Source: Camelus dromedarius (taxonomy: Eukaryota). Taken from it: a stretch of 64,000 bases of DNA. The stretch lies in contig NC_087436.1 of NCBI RefSeq assembly GCF_036321535.1, positions 102,798,001 to 102,862,000 on the forward strand, given 5' to 3'. Below, piece after piece: positions 12,701 to 25,714 of the stretch. The stretch's first letter is position 1. Every line of letters starts with the position of its first letter. Below the pieces are notes generated by a model. The model did not search any database. It was not told the origin of the DNA and saw only the letters and a list, made by a program, of their open reading frames with translations. Made by a program: the position numbers and the translations under genes.

Positions 12701-12899
12701 ATGAATAAATGAATGAATTGTAAGTACACACATGTAAAGAAAATAATGAAAGGAGGAGCTAGCAGATGTGAAGAAGGTTGTGAATCAGGACGATTTATTC
12801 CAGCATATCCACTCTAGCAGGGTCTAAGCACTGTCATGAGCATGATTTTATGAAAAAACAAAATTTCTGATGCCACCAGTATGTTCAAAAAATATTTCA

Positions 12900-13272
12900 A
12901 TGATCCTCAGCACTATCACCTTGACATTCAGAGATTACTTCCTCAAAAGATGCTGTGACCCCACTCCCAATTCTCCACACTCCTAAGTATTTTCCACAAA
13001 GTCTACCTCCTCTAAGAAGGTTTCCCAGATCCCACTGGTCATAATTATCACCATCCTTTCCTCAGTAACCATAGACACTCCAAAGAAAATTATTTAAATC
13101 TCTTTTGTATGCTCCATTATAGTCTGATCATTAAAAACCATTAGTTATTTTTTTCTCACTCATTAGATTTGAGCTACTGAAAATTAAGTATATTCTTTAC
13201 CATCTTTGTTCCTTACAATTTAGAAGACTATTCATACCTGGTAGGAACTCATGAAACTTTATTGAATCAAAT
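12900..13272 (+). mobile_element. L2 LINE 3' end
   Basis: cattagatttgagctactgaa...catctttgttcctt...ggtaggaactcatgaaactttattgaat. Confidence 0.6.
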
Positions 13273-13332
13273 AATGCTAGACTACCAAAACAAAATAGTA
13301 CTAAGATTTCTTCCATTTTTTTTGAAAATAAC

Positions 13333-13715
13333 TGTCATTCCAAGTAAAGTAAGCCAGAAAGAGAAAGAAAAATACCATACGATATCACTTATATGTTAAA
13401 TCTAAAAAAGACAGACGAACCTATTTACAGAACAGAAAGAAACTCACAGACATAGAAAACAAACTTATGGTTACCGGAGGGGAAGAGGGTGGGAAAGGTT
13501 AAACTGGGAGTTCGAGATTTGCAGATACTAACGTATATAAAATAGATAAACAACAAGTTCATACTGTATAGCACAGGGAACTATATTCAATATAGTGTAG
13601 TAATCTATGGTGAAAAAATATGAAAACAAATATCTGTATGTTCATGTATGACTGAAGCATTGTGATGTATACCAGAAATTGGCACAACATTGTAAATTGA
13701 CTATACTTCAATAAA
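13333..13715 (+). mobile_element. 5'-truncated L1 3'UTR
   Basis: aagtaagccagaaagagaaagaaaaataccata...gacatagaaaacaaacttatggttacc...tatagcacagggaactatattcaata...gactatacttcAATAAA; same family as the 5833-6716 copy. Confidence 0.95.
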
Positions 13716-13793
13716 TATATATGGGTGTGTGTATTATGTCTGTATGTGTATATATATGTGTGTGTGTGTATATATATATAAAATATATATATA
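13716..13793. repeat. (TA)n/(TG)n compound microsatellite at the L1 tail position
   Basis: tatatatgggtgtgtgta...tatatatgtgtgtgtgtgtatatatatata immediately after the L1 poly(A) signal. Confidence 0.85.
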
Positions 13794-14569
13794 AACATTT
13801 AAAATCCTTACAGGGGACTATCTCTATATTCAGTGACACAGCTCACTGTCCAGATTATCAGAGAAGGAGAGAGAGAGAAACTGGATCTAAAAAAACTGGA
13901 TTCAGATGCCCTTATTGATGATGTTTCTTCAAGTTTAAAGCCCCACCACCACCAATTTGACTCTAAAAATGTTCTTTGTACTTCTACTTTTAAAAATATT
14001 TATTGTCTTGAAGGATGAAAACAGAAGAGAATCACAGAACATTGTTGTTATCCTCAGAAGTGAGGGAGCAGTGGGGCATTGCTTCCATCCTCAGTTATTG
14101 TAGGTATATTTGTCTCAAACAAATAGAGCAGTAACATATTCTTTTGTGCTAATTAAAGCCAATATACACTCTTAGAAACTTCCTGAGACACAGAATGTAG
14201 CTTCTCGGTACTAAAAATCTGTTCAGATCCTGAACACCACCTTTTAAAACCCATCAGCATCTTCCCAAATCACAAAGATCCAAGCAGAATCTATTGTGTG
14301 ACATTTTAGGACCATGAGATACTACTTCTTGCCTCCACATGGGCCACCCCCTTCTTTGTATACTCGCACGTACATCTGCAACGACCTATTCATTTTTACT
14401 TATTTATCTATGTATTTATTTATTCATTTATTAAGTCAAGCACTTTATTAAGTCTTGACACAAGCTATACTGGAGCTTGATTAAAATAAATTTTTTCTCT
14501 ACTATAACTAGGAGATTAAAAAGGAAAATAAAGGATGGGAAAAAATATAAAGAACAAAGGCACCTGATT

Positions 14570-15500
14570 CTGCGGATGAGCAGTTCTGATTAACTGGAGG
14601 TCTTTAGCAGGTTGCAGGAGTTGGGAGCAAAGGTTGGATTCACAGATGCAAAGGAGCAAGAGAGGCAGCTGTCAGGCAGCCCCCTTGCTGAGACTCCCCC
14701 AGGCTGAGAAGGGGGCACAGCCCCGGCACCGGGCCCGGGGCTCAGCCCGGTGAAGCTTTGGGGAAGGGTGCTCAGAGGTAATTTGAGATCCCTGCTCTGA
14801 GGCATACATACACCCTAATGGAGTAATGGCTGGCTTGGCTCATTATAACTGCACTGCTATCGAGAGCCACGTAAGAAGGAGAAAAAGCTCAAAAGTAAAC
14901 CAAACTTTAAAACCCGAGCATTTTCAGTGGGAGGCAGTGTTGAAATTTTGGAATGAGTCTGCTGATTAACATGTACCGAATATGAATACATGGGCACTAC
15001 GTTCTGACCGGCCACCGAAAGATGAGCAGTTCGGCAGCCTGAACTCTTGACTAGCAGTCAGGACACCCCTCTTGGGCTTCTGATCAGAGCACAGCCTCCT
15101 GTCCATGTGCTACTTCCAAGAGCCAGGAGGCACTGCCGAGGCAGCGGAATGGAGCCTTCCGGCAAGGCCAAGTTAAGGGCACTGAGCTCCATCTAGACAC
15201 GTTCCCAGTCCAGTAAGAAGAAGAGCAGGTTGCTCTGGGCAACGATCTATTCATTACTAAAGTGCTTGCAACATAACCTGCGTTACTACATCATTGGTTT
15301 TGCATATTATACTTGGTCTACTAGAAAGCATTTGCCTCTCCCGTGGCCACGTGACACAGTTCTATCCATGTTTATGATGTAAATCTTGAAACTTGCTGAC
15401 CTTTAAAACATCCATCATGGGCGGAGATGGGTTCTCACCACTCTGCATCGTCAGCGCCCTGTGAAATCTTTCTCTGTGCTCGTTGCTTCCTTTGCCTCCC
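14570..15500. promoter_or_regulatory. locally GC/CpG-enriched unique segment (putative enhancer or weak promoter)
   Basis: CpG clusters (ccccggcaccgggcccgggg, gaccggccaccga, gccgaggcagcgg) and E-box CAGCTG in an otherwise CpG-depleted window; no recognisable repeat. Confidence 0.4.
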
Positions 15501-15724
15501 TTAGGTAAATAAACTTCTTACATCAAAGTTTTATCCTTTAAAAGATGGTCTTCAAATATTTGAAATTGTAATCTACATTAAGAATGTAATTTAAATAGGA
15601 GCTTAGAACACAAATAAAAGCATGTGTGTGTCTGTGTCCATAAATCTTGCGTATATAGTGACAATCAAAATTTACTATGACATTTCCTCTTCTTTTATCT
15701 CCTATTTCATATTTGAATAAAAAC

Positions 15725-16740
15725 TACCCTCTCCCCCACTATTCTGCCTGTCTTTCACATCTAAGTAAACAATATCCCCATCTACCCAACTATTTCTGCA
15801 AATGTTCTGAGAGTCATATTGATTGACTTCCCCGATCCACTGCTTCCATCTCAACTTACATATTGGTCCAGACCATAAACGTTCCTTAGTTGGGTAATGA
15901 AGGCAGCCCTCACCTGGCCTTCACACTTCCAAAATTATGTTTCCATAGCCTTTTAAAAATAAAAGTCAGGCCCTGCCACTCTATATTAGTTTCCTAGGGC
16001 TTTCAGAACAAATTGCTACAAAGTTGGTGCCTTAAAACAACAGAAATTTATTTTCCCACGGTTCTGGAGGCCAGAAGTCCTAAGTCAAGGAGGTAGCAAG
16101 GCTGCACTTCCTCTGAAGGGTCTAAGGGAAAATAACTCCCTACCTCTTTAAGCTTCTGGTTGGCTCCAGAGGCTTCTTGGTTTGCGGCTGCGTAACTCCA
16201 GTCTCTGCCTTCATCTTCACTTGGCTTTCTCCCCTGTGTCATTGTTTCAAATTTCTCTTTGCCCATCTCTCATGGAGATGCCTGTTGGTAGATTTAGGGG
16301 CCATTCTAATTCTAGGGTATCCTTATCTTGAGATGCTTAACTTAATTATATCTGCAAAGATCCTGTTCCCAATAAAGTTCACAATTATAGGTTCCTGATA
16401 AACATCTTTTGGGGGGAGGGGGTTATGGGCACAATTTAACCATTTGGTGGCTTCCTAATGCCTGAATGTATCATATTTTTTATTTTCATACTATATTAAT
16501 AGTAGATATGAAATCAGAGGTAAAGGAGTTCAAGCGCAAAATTGATTTCTTAGGTTTATTTTCATCTTTTGTTGCTTCTATTATAATTTGTGTTTATGTT
16601 TTCATGTCTGTGCCCTAGACTAGATGATAAGCTCATGAGAGCAGATACCATATGTATCATTTTCAAGAGTGTAAATTCATGTGTTGAGGACATTGCCAGC
16701 ATTCAATATATATGTTGGACAAATAAATGAACTAATTATT
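15725..16740 (+). mobile_element. L2 fragment interrupted by an MLT1 LTR
   Basis: ttggtccagaccata...gcagccctcacctggcctt before the LTR; ctagactagatgataagctcatgagagcaga...tcaatatatatgttggacaaataaatgaa after it. Confidence 0.65.
15983..16443 (-). mobile_element. MaLR solo LTR (MLT1A-D like)
   Basis: tatattagtttcctagggct...ttaaaacaacagaaatttattttcccacggttctggaggccagaagtcc...atctgcaaagatcctgttcccaataaagttcaca...ggcacaattt. Confidence 0.92.
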
Positions 16741-19110
16741 GAAGAAAATAAGGGATGGATAGATAGAGGGAGAATGTCATTGACCCTTCATAAAATAATT
16801 AGTACTTGTTCTGATACTCCCATGTCTTGGGAATAATGTTTTTGGAACACTTTTCTGAAATTAATATTCTAAAAAGGGCTCAGGTTAGTCCTTCTACTTT
16901 ATAAGTGCTCAAAAAATGGGGGGGAAAAACCAACAGAAATTGACACAGTGTGACTGACTATACTTTAATTAAAAAAAAATTGAGGATTTACACTGAGGAT
17001 TAGAAACTGTCAGGTTACCTATTGGAAAAAGAAATAAAGCTTGACTTAAATGTAATCTTACCATCCACTTGTTTTTCACTAAACAAAAGCATAAAATATT
17101 CTGTAATGAAACATTTGTTTTTAATATGCTTGATTTGAAGTAATAATTCATCTTTTAATATTGTATGTAAAATATCTTATTATATAGCTCAAAGGAAATT
17201 GTAGAGCATACTTAACAATATTTAAGGAATATTACATTAGCATTGTCAGAAAAAAATAGTTTTATATAGATGCAATTAATGAAAGAAAAAAAATGTCTAA
17301 TTCCAGACACCCAAGTGACAACACAACTAGATATTCTATATTGATAATTAAGAATGTATAGCTTACTAATTGCTAAAAATTGTTAGCAGACATTTACCTG
17401 AAAAGCAAAAATTAGTTATCATTTAAATTTTAGTCTTTGTTTAAATCTTATACCAAGAAAAATTAAGTCCATTTAAGTAAAAAAAAAATTTAACATTTTA
17501 ATTAATTTATTGAAGAAGTGGTTCTCAATTGCTTTAGAAATATTAACATTATTCTAAGCATAGTAATTCGATAGATTAGATTTTATAGTTTTGAGTCATT
17601 GCAATATTCAAATGTTGCTCAACTATTTACTTAGAATTCTGTCTTTGACTTCAAAAACTGGAAGTAAAACAAATATTGTGATTAAAATGTGCATTTTTTT
17701 CAACTTTTACACTTTAAAGGAGCAAATGAGAAAATTAATCCATATAACAGTTATCAAAAAGAAAATGGCACTGTATCAAAATTACTCAACTGTGTATCAT
17801 TTTTGTTAAATACTCATTATGTCAAAGAAACTGGTTAATGCATGCTAATATATATATTTTCATTTTATGCATCAAGTTTGACAAAAGACAAATGTAGATA
17901 GCGAGAAGAAATATTTGGAATTGAAGTAACATTAAACTCTACAGAAAATCTGTCTTCCTTTCACAGGCAGTTACTTACTGGGCACCAAATATGTAACAGG
18001 GACTCTGCTTTGTGTAATTTATGCCATCATAGATGGCATATTTTCCCTTCCGCAAGGAAATCACTTTTAGTCTCATAAGTATTTTGTTATTCTTTCTCTT
18101 ATTCACTCATTCAGTCAATAATTATTCAGGAATGCCTACTACATGAAGGACATTATGTCATTTTTAGGTAAACAATTGTGAACAGTAAGCCTTCAATGAT
18201 GTACAGTTCTTTATCATGTACACATTAAAACTATTAGTAGGTTCCTTTGATTTAATCCAAATTCTTTTTTCCTTGTTTATGGCCAACACTTTAGACCAAT
18301 TCACTAACATCTCTGATACTAAGAAGATAAACTCAAACTGTCCTATCCTGTGTCCTCCAAACCACTCTTTATGTAGCCCATCACTACATTGCATCACTTT
18401 CATAGAAATAAGCATAAAATATAAATTCTGTTCTAGAAATCAACAAAAACTCAAGATTTAACCTCAGACATTCTTGCCTCCCAACAATGATTTTCACAAT
18501 GATTCCAATGGCTAGTCCTTTCTAATACTTTAAATCTCCTCTTGAATATGATTTCCACAGAAAACTCATCTCTGGTAATTCCATCTCCTTAGTTCTTTAC
18601 CTTTTAGTGTATGCTCAACTGGGGTTTGTTTCACAATATATATGAGTGAATACATTAATAAGCTTTCAGTTTACATGAATTAGAAATTAGAGATAGGTCT
18701 ACAGGAACTATAAATAAGCAAACAGACATTTATAAATCTGGATGATAAAAGTACTATGAGAATGTAAGTGCAGGTTATATAACAGTTAATAAAAATGGTG
18801 AACCTAAACCAGTCCCTAAGTTTCCACAGAATATGTAAACCAGGATATAAAAGATTAGCAGAGCTGGCTATCCAAAGCTGGGAAATTGAGATTTGAAAAA
18901 AAGAAGAATGGTAAGCCATATGAAGAACAAATACTTTGGGGCTTGGACATTGGGAGTGGGGAATGAATAAGAATAAATTGGAGAAATAAACAAAGGTCAG
19001 ATCATGAAGTACTTTATAATTCTTGGTCTTCATCCTGGGGACAACTGGGAGCCATTGAATGTACATCAGTTACCAGTAACTTCGGTGCATTGTATGAAGT
19101 GGAGAGGTGC

Positions 19111-19615
19111 TATGTTACTTTTCTGTTGCTGCCATAACAAATTACCACAGACTTAGCAACTTAACACACCTATTTATTATCTCACAGTTTACATGAGTCA
19201 GAAGACTATAGACAGTATGGCTCAGTCAGTTCCATGCTTCAAATTCACAAAGCTAGAATCAAGGTGTTGGCAGAACTGCCTTCCTTTCTTGAGGCCCTGG
19301 GAGAGCATGCTCCCAGACTCATTCAAGTTGATGGTAGAATTCACCTCCATGTGTTTAGACTGAGGTCCCTGGTTCCATGTTGGATGCCAGCCAGGGATCT
19401 CAGCATGTAGAGTCTCACCCATATTTCCTGCCTCATGGTCCCCTTCAAAGCCAGCAGAGGCTGGTCAGTTACCTCTCACACTTAGACTTCTACCTCAACT
19501 TTTTACACATTTCTTCTGCCATCTTTTTCTACTTGTCAGGGCTCAAGTAACTACATTGGCCAAATTGTATAATCCAGTTTATCTCCCTACCCTAACTTCA
19601 ATTGATTAGTAAGCT
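19111..19615 (-). mobile_element. MaLR solo LTR (MLT1E/F-like)
   Basis: tatgttacttttctgttgctgccataacaaattaccacagacttagcaactt...tttattatctcacagtt...aatcaaggtgttggcagaactg. Confidence 0.85.
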
Positions 19616-20445
19616 TTAATATTTGAGGTTTCCATTGATTTTTCTATTGAGTTTTAATATTGTTGTAATTTATCTTAGTGTACTGTAGGACTCATACCTG
19701 ACTTTCTTCCTAACAGATCACCAATAACCAATACACATTATTATTATCCTTCATTTTCTTAAAATCTTTTTATGGAAAATTAGTTTCCCTTAACCTCTTC
19801 TGTTTTGAAACATTCTAAACTATTCATACTTTTTTTTAAAAAAAATTCAAATGTGTTTGTGTGTTTATAAGAATTTTATGGACATGATATTATACTACTG
19901 ATCTCACAATGAGAATAAACATGTTTAATGTATAAAAGTATCTCCACTGGTATGTTTGACTCACCTGAAAAGAAGCATGAATATTAGGAAAAATGAAAAA
20001 TTGTGCAGAGTGAAAAGACCCACAGTGGGCAAAGATATATATTCCCTTGGCCTTGACAGAAATGTGTCAAGTGTCGAGGAGATATGGGGAGTAAAGGATA
20101 AAATAGGACTAAGCCTATGGGCTTTAGTTATAAGTCAAATGTGAGTGATTAAAATAATTTCCCCTTGAAATGCATATATATTTTATACACTATATGGTTT
20201 TCTTTGTTATTCTTCATAATATACCAAAGTAACAAGGCATTTTTCTAACTCTGATTAATCTCAAGTATGCTTAGGGGTTATAATTGATAATGACAGTAGT
20301 AACTGGGGACAGAAAAACCCATGAAGATGACAGTCAAGATGAATTAGAATACATGGTCTAGCTCATTTTATGCACCTGGAGGTTTTGTTGTCAAAGTTCA
20401 GATTTTGATGTGTGATTGTAAATAAAAGCGCTCAATTCCCTTAAG

Positions 20446-20627
20446 CAATAATTCTCAACTTTGGTTGAATATTATATATAATTAGTTAGGGGGCTTTTAA
20501 AACTCCCAGTACCCAGGCCACACCCCAGAGCAATTAAATTGGAATCTCTGGGGTTGGCATCCAGGCATCAGTACTTCTTAAACCTCCCCAGGTGATTATA
20601 ACATACAGCTAAGGCTGAGAATCACTG
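20446..20627 (+). mobile_element. MER5A-like hAT-Charlie MITE
   Basis: Ends caataattctcaa...tgagaatcactg; internal cccaggccacaccccagag...gaatctctgggg...ccaggcatcagt...ctccccaggtgatt. Confidence 0.9.
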
Positions 20628-21187
20628 CTTCAGAGTGGTACTATACATTCTTTATTAAATCCTCTATGCATGTATTTGTGTATGTGTTACGTGTTTATTT
20701 CTTGACTTTCTGTTCCACTGATTTCTGATCTATTTGAATTGTTGATTCATTCATGTTCTAACAAAAATTAGCACTAGACATTTTCATATGTTCCTATGTG
20801 TTTTTATTTTATTGTACTTATTTGTCTTAAAAATGGTTATTTTAACTTAAATAATATCTGTATAATGCTCTGTATATTCATGAATGTTTCATATTTCATT
20901 TACTATTAAAATAGATAATATTTATTCCCTAGATTTTTTTTTCGTTTGTTATTTCTAGCACACAGAAATATATTGATCTTGAATGGGGCAATATTTTTAA
21001 AATCATACTAATGTTTGCAGTTTTCTACTTCATTTCCTTTAATACATATTAGACATAGAAGTGATGTGTAGATTGATTTTCCTCTTTAAACACTTCAGTG
21101 ATTCTGCCCTTGAAGTCCCTAGCCCAGGGGAAGAAATATCATATTTTTAATATTTTCAAATGAAAGAAATTTTAGAAGTCATCTAGT

Positions 21188-21410
21188 CAAGTGTTCTTGA
21201 ATAATTGACCACAACTCACTGTAAACAAAATCATATCCCAGTGTACATATACACACACAACCAAAAAAAGTTTCACAATGCAGCAGTTACATTTAGCATG
21301 TGTAATGCCCTATAGTACTGTCTCTTCTATTCTATTCTACCTCATTATTACCAATGTTTGTCACAATACACACAACAGTCTCCATAACCATTTAAGTGTT
21401 GCGAGATGTC
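21188..21410. mobile_element. old non-autonomous hAT element (MER113-like, tentative)
   Basis: cccagtgtacatatacacacac...aaaagtttcacaatg...ttctattctattcta pattern. Confidence 0.45.
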
Positions 21411-22782
21411 TGCAGATCCTACTTAGCCCAACACCCTTATTTTATAGATAAATAAACTAAGGACCATAGCAGGTGAGTAGCTTGTCCCAGTTTGGTGACA
21501 GCATTTCTACTCAGTACCCAGATCTTCTTATCAAACTTTTATATCAGGATTTCTCAAAGTTGGTTATTCATCAGTATTACATCAGATATACATAAGAAAT
21601 GTAGATTATTAGGCTTCTCCTCCAAAATTGCTGATTAAGAGAATTTTTCCTAAATCTAATACTGTGCATTCTTCTATTTTAATGTGCATCGAGGCTAAGA
21701 CAGACTTAGAAAAACTGAACTTCCAAGCAGATAACCAGTTTCTTCCAAGCTCTGTAGTACAATCTCTCCCACTAGTTGATAACCTCTCTGCACGTTTTTC
21801 AAGTGTCTAGAGTTTACAGTAAATGCAATTAAAGTAGCTATAGTTTCTAACTGAAAAGCATTTATTAAGGAAGAACAACACTATATATCATATGTAAGTA
21901 TTTTATGAATATTGTTCCAGGATCGCCTATCTGAGAATGAAATATATGAATCTGACCCTTTACCATATGTTTCTTCCATTGATTTAAGCTGCTTTTGACC
22001 TCTACTTTGTCATGCATGACACAGAATAACTGTAACATATTCACTTTGATTGGTTAATTGACTATATATATGCAGTTCCCCCCAACTCCCATTTTGAAAT
22101 GTAACTATTTCCAAGCTAGGATTTATATTTATTTTTCACTTGAATTTCTAATATTTCATCGGTTTTGAGTGAAGTTATATAAAATAGATTTGTTTTCTGA
22201 CTACTGTCCATTGGATTTGTCAAAATTTTTCTTAGAAATTACTGAATGTTAACCACAGAAATTTGGTATTTATGTTTTAAAGATTTATTCTTTCATTTAG
22301 ACAGTCATGTTTTATTGAAGTAAATACATTTTAGCACTAAAAAGTTAGTTATGTAGGAAACATAATGCTTGAGAGAATTAATTCCAAGCTTTACATTTTA
22401 TCTTTCCTTTGAGAAGGGCAAGAGAATTTGCATATATTATTCAACTCATTTTCTTATGCTTTTCAAATAATCAAAGACTTAATGGATTATATAAAAATAG
22501 CAAACATTTTAGTCAAGTCATTGCTTCTGACATTCATTCTAACTTAAATGTTCACCCATTGTAACATGGCTGTTGATATAATCTATCAAAAATTGCACTT
22601 ATTATTAATTTTCAAAGTACTGAACAAGGAATTTTACATGACTCTTTATATTAAATATATAAGCTCATTTATCTTGATGAGGTATCACCAAAATTAATGA
22701 TGAATTATATCAATAACATAAACATTCCAGATCACTAGTCAGCCATCTATTTATTGAACTAAGAGAGACAAATAGGACTTAC

Positions 22783-22829
22783 CTTTAACTCTGCTGTGTT
22801 GAGAAGGATCCTAATTCTGAACCCCATGT
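22783..22829 (-). other. candidate 47-bp exon
   Basis: Minus strand catcctgtttttccccgacag|ACATGGGG...GAGTTAAAG|gtaagt; one open frame (MGFRIRILLNTAELK). Product not recognised. Confidence 0.3.
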
Positions 22830-23597
22830 CTGTCGGGGAAAAACAGGATGATAATCTGATCAATAAGAATGTTTTCCTAGCTACAGTTGAAGCCTGAGTG
22901 GGAATTATAAACATCAAGTGGTTGCAATACACATGGGCGGCCTTAGTAATCTTCCTTACAATTCTGGGCAAAACACTACCTTAAAAAATATTCTACTGGA
23001 ATGCTAATGTCTGGTTTTAAAATCAATCATCCATAGGAGCAAAGGGAATTTTACGGAAATGTCTTTCAGGAAAGTTTTCTTGCCTGTAGGCAATGCTGCC
23101 TAAACATAATTCATTTCCAACTCAATTTATTGATTGATTTAGAATAGCCCTCTATCGCACTCAGGGGAAATTTCTCTGCTTGAGTATCTATTCCCAGTGT
23201 ATCGTGTATTTTTTTGTTTGTTTCTTGGCAAAAACAAAACTAACGATTGCTCTTCAGGATTCAGAATTTGGTCATGTAGTTAACACTAGTAATCAGGTAG
23301 CTATTCACAACTTCACGGAAGAGTCAAGATAGGCGAATGACTGCATTAATTTGTTGACTGGATAGAAGACCTCATAATGATTATCAATCACTGGCAGCAG
23401 CTGGCCAGAGGCCTGGCTCTTATTTGGCATTTAATTAGCATGGGTGGCATAACTGACCAAATAACCAAGGGCCTGAATGGATGAATGAATAAAAAAACAG
23501 GACTTGTTCTTATGAATCCATTTGGGTCGCTAGGTTTTATTCCCTTTACCGAAGCTCCTCGGTGCCTTCTGTATTTCTTAGTCTAGATCTTGTATTT

Positions 23598-23616
23598 GAG
23601 CCACTAGGTGGTCAGT
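23598..23616 (+). promoter_or_regulatory. CTCF-like motif
   Basis: GAGCCACTAGGTGGTCAGT versus core consensus CCACYAGRKGGC (one mismatch). Confidence 0.45.
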
Positions 23617-24264
23617 GAGTCTAACACTACAGTTTCTCTTATGTTCTCCTCCAGACCTGCCTTGTTAATGGATGATAAGACTTCTTAAAAGGAAGATGGT
23701 ACCTGATCATGCAGTTTTTATCCATCTCATCAACAGCTAGAGTGGGTCCTGGGCTTTTTGTGATTGTGGAACTTTCCTAAAGAGCACTAAACCTACAACA
23801 TGTGCTACATAGGATCCCATCAGTTTCCAGGGAGTACAATGAAACTTGCATTACACTTCTAAGACACCTCTAAGTTTGTAGAAACCACTGAATATATTCA
23901 TTACATAAATATAATTCAAACATATTCTCTAAAAGAATAAACTATTTTTAAAATATGACTAGTCATTTCTCAGCACTTTCCATTATAAGGCAAACGGTTT
24001 CATTTTTAAGCATTTAATTATATGACATATTTCTTATCTTTGATTAAGGGTAGTCAAAAAAGAGAAAAAATGGTGAAATAATGCAACTGAAGGTTTATAG
24101 GAAAAGGGGTTGAAGATCTGTTTTCCTCACTGAGATTCGGTTCAAGGGATTTGCCCTCTGGCTTACTGAGTACACAATAATGGTCACGATTTTGAAGGCT
24201 GCTTTAAAAATTCAAATTTATTTGTGGCTTAAAATCCACCTGGCACACAAACAGAAACATTATA

Positions 24265-24490
24265 GTAATTATTAACACTTATTGAACACACACTACATGC
24301 TGGTCACTATGCTAAGTGTTTTAAATAATTATTATTATTTTTAAATGTCAGCAGCCCTATGAGGTAGAGTTATTATTATTTCTATTTTACATATGAGGAC
24401 ACTGAATTCAGAAAATAAAGTAGCTCTCTCAAGGTGGCAGTTCTAGGAGATAAAACATTTCTCTCTGGTTCCAAAGCCCATGTTGTTAAT
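24265..24490 (-). mobile_element. MIR SINE
   Basis: taacacttattgaaca...cactatgctaagtgttt...cagccctatgaggtag...tattttacatatgaggacactga. Confidence 0.88.
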
Positions 24491-24499
24491 AATCTTTCT

Positions 24500-24620
24500 T
24501 TTCATTCATTTGTTCAGCTATCAAAAGAAGATTTATTGAGATCCAATACTGCCAAGACCTGGGCTAGATCCTAGAGTCAGAGGGACAAACAAGATAATGT
24601 GCCCATCCACATGGAGTGAT
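24500..24620 (-). mobile_element. L2 3' end fragment
   Basis: ttcattcatttgttcag...atttattgag...tgccaagacctgggctag. Confidence 0.65.
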
Positions 24621-25139
24621 GAATTATGCGCTATGACACTAACAGATACTTGTTAAATCATGTATTAATATGTCGGACCTTTCCATGGCATTCTTGTTTT
24701 AAGTAAGTGCAACACTTTTCATGCATTTTTCTCAACTTATTTTCTAAATCTTTGGTTTCATAGAAAATGGACTGAATTGGCATATTCTCCTTTCTTACCA
24801 CTCTCTGAAATTAAAAAAAAAATATATTAGTAACTTGTCTTAGGGCAAATCAAATAAGTAAACATATACAACAAAACTGAATAACTGTTGGCTCTTTGAG
24901 CTGATGCGTCCCCTGACTCCTTCCCAATGCCTGGCTCTGATAATATCAGTTAACTTTCAGCAGCTGGAAACACTAGGAACACCCCAAATTGGGGTTTCTC
25001 AGTATCATGTTCTCCTGATTCCTTTGCTGTGATCACCGGATTGGGTATCCCTTCTACTGTCAGGTAACTGTATTAAATAATAGTTATCATAATGCTGAAT
25101 CAATTTAATTTGCTTATTCTGAAATCCACACCTTACTAC

Positions 25140-25590
25140 CAGCAAATCTCTCATCCTTAACCATTCATCCTGTTCCTCTGATGTTATCTCCCAAATACTT
25201 CAGAGGTCCATCCCTGCCTTCCTGTCGATGTCACCATTGCTGTAGTTCAGGCACACATCCTCTTTAACCTGACTATTGCATAAGCCTCCTGACTGTTCTC
25301 AAAGCCTCTATTGTTGTGCTTCACACAGCACCCCCATCCTCGCCACTGGATTATCGAGAAGCAACGAGGATGGGTTTAAAGTGAAAATCTAGCACAGCAT
25401 TCCCATCACACAATATTCCAACATCTATAATACTTCCCTGCATTATGAAAAGATGGTCGTATTCCCAAATCATTACAAGCTCCTTTAACTAAGGGTGAAT
25501 TTATCATTTATCTATGTATTGTAACACTCAGTAATAGTTAAATTATAGTGGTGTTCAGTAAACCCTCGTTGAACTGAACTGAAATAAATA
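25140..25590 (+). mobile_element. L2 fragment
   Basis: ccattgctgtagttcaggc...acctgactattgcataagcctcctgactg...tcagtaaaccctcgttgaactgaactgaa. Confidence 0.7.
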
Positions 25591-25714
25591 TGCACTAAAG
25601 TTGCAGAAAGAGAGAATTAATCCTTTATTTGGCTTCTAATTACTATCCTTCATTCCTTCCTTCCTCCTATCCTTCCCTCCCTCCCTAGGTTCCTTACTCC
25701 TTCCTTCCTTCTCT

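Noticed and set aside
14590..14805. 71-aa minus-strand ORF
   Set aside because: Low-complexity P/G/S translation of a GC-rich patch, with no homology or splice support.
18680..19066. 128-aa minus-strand ORF
   Set aside because: Lies in decayed L2-like sequence; hydrophobic composition typical of AT-rich noise; no recognisable domain.
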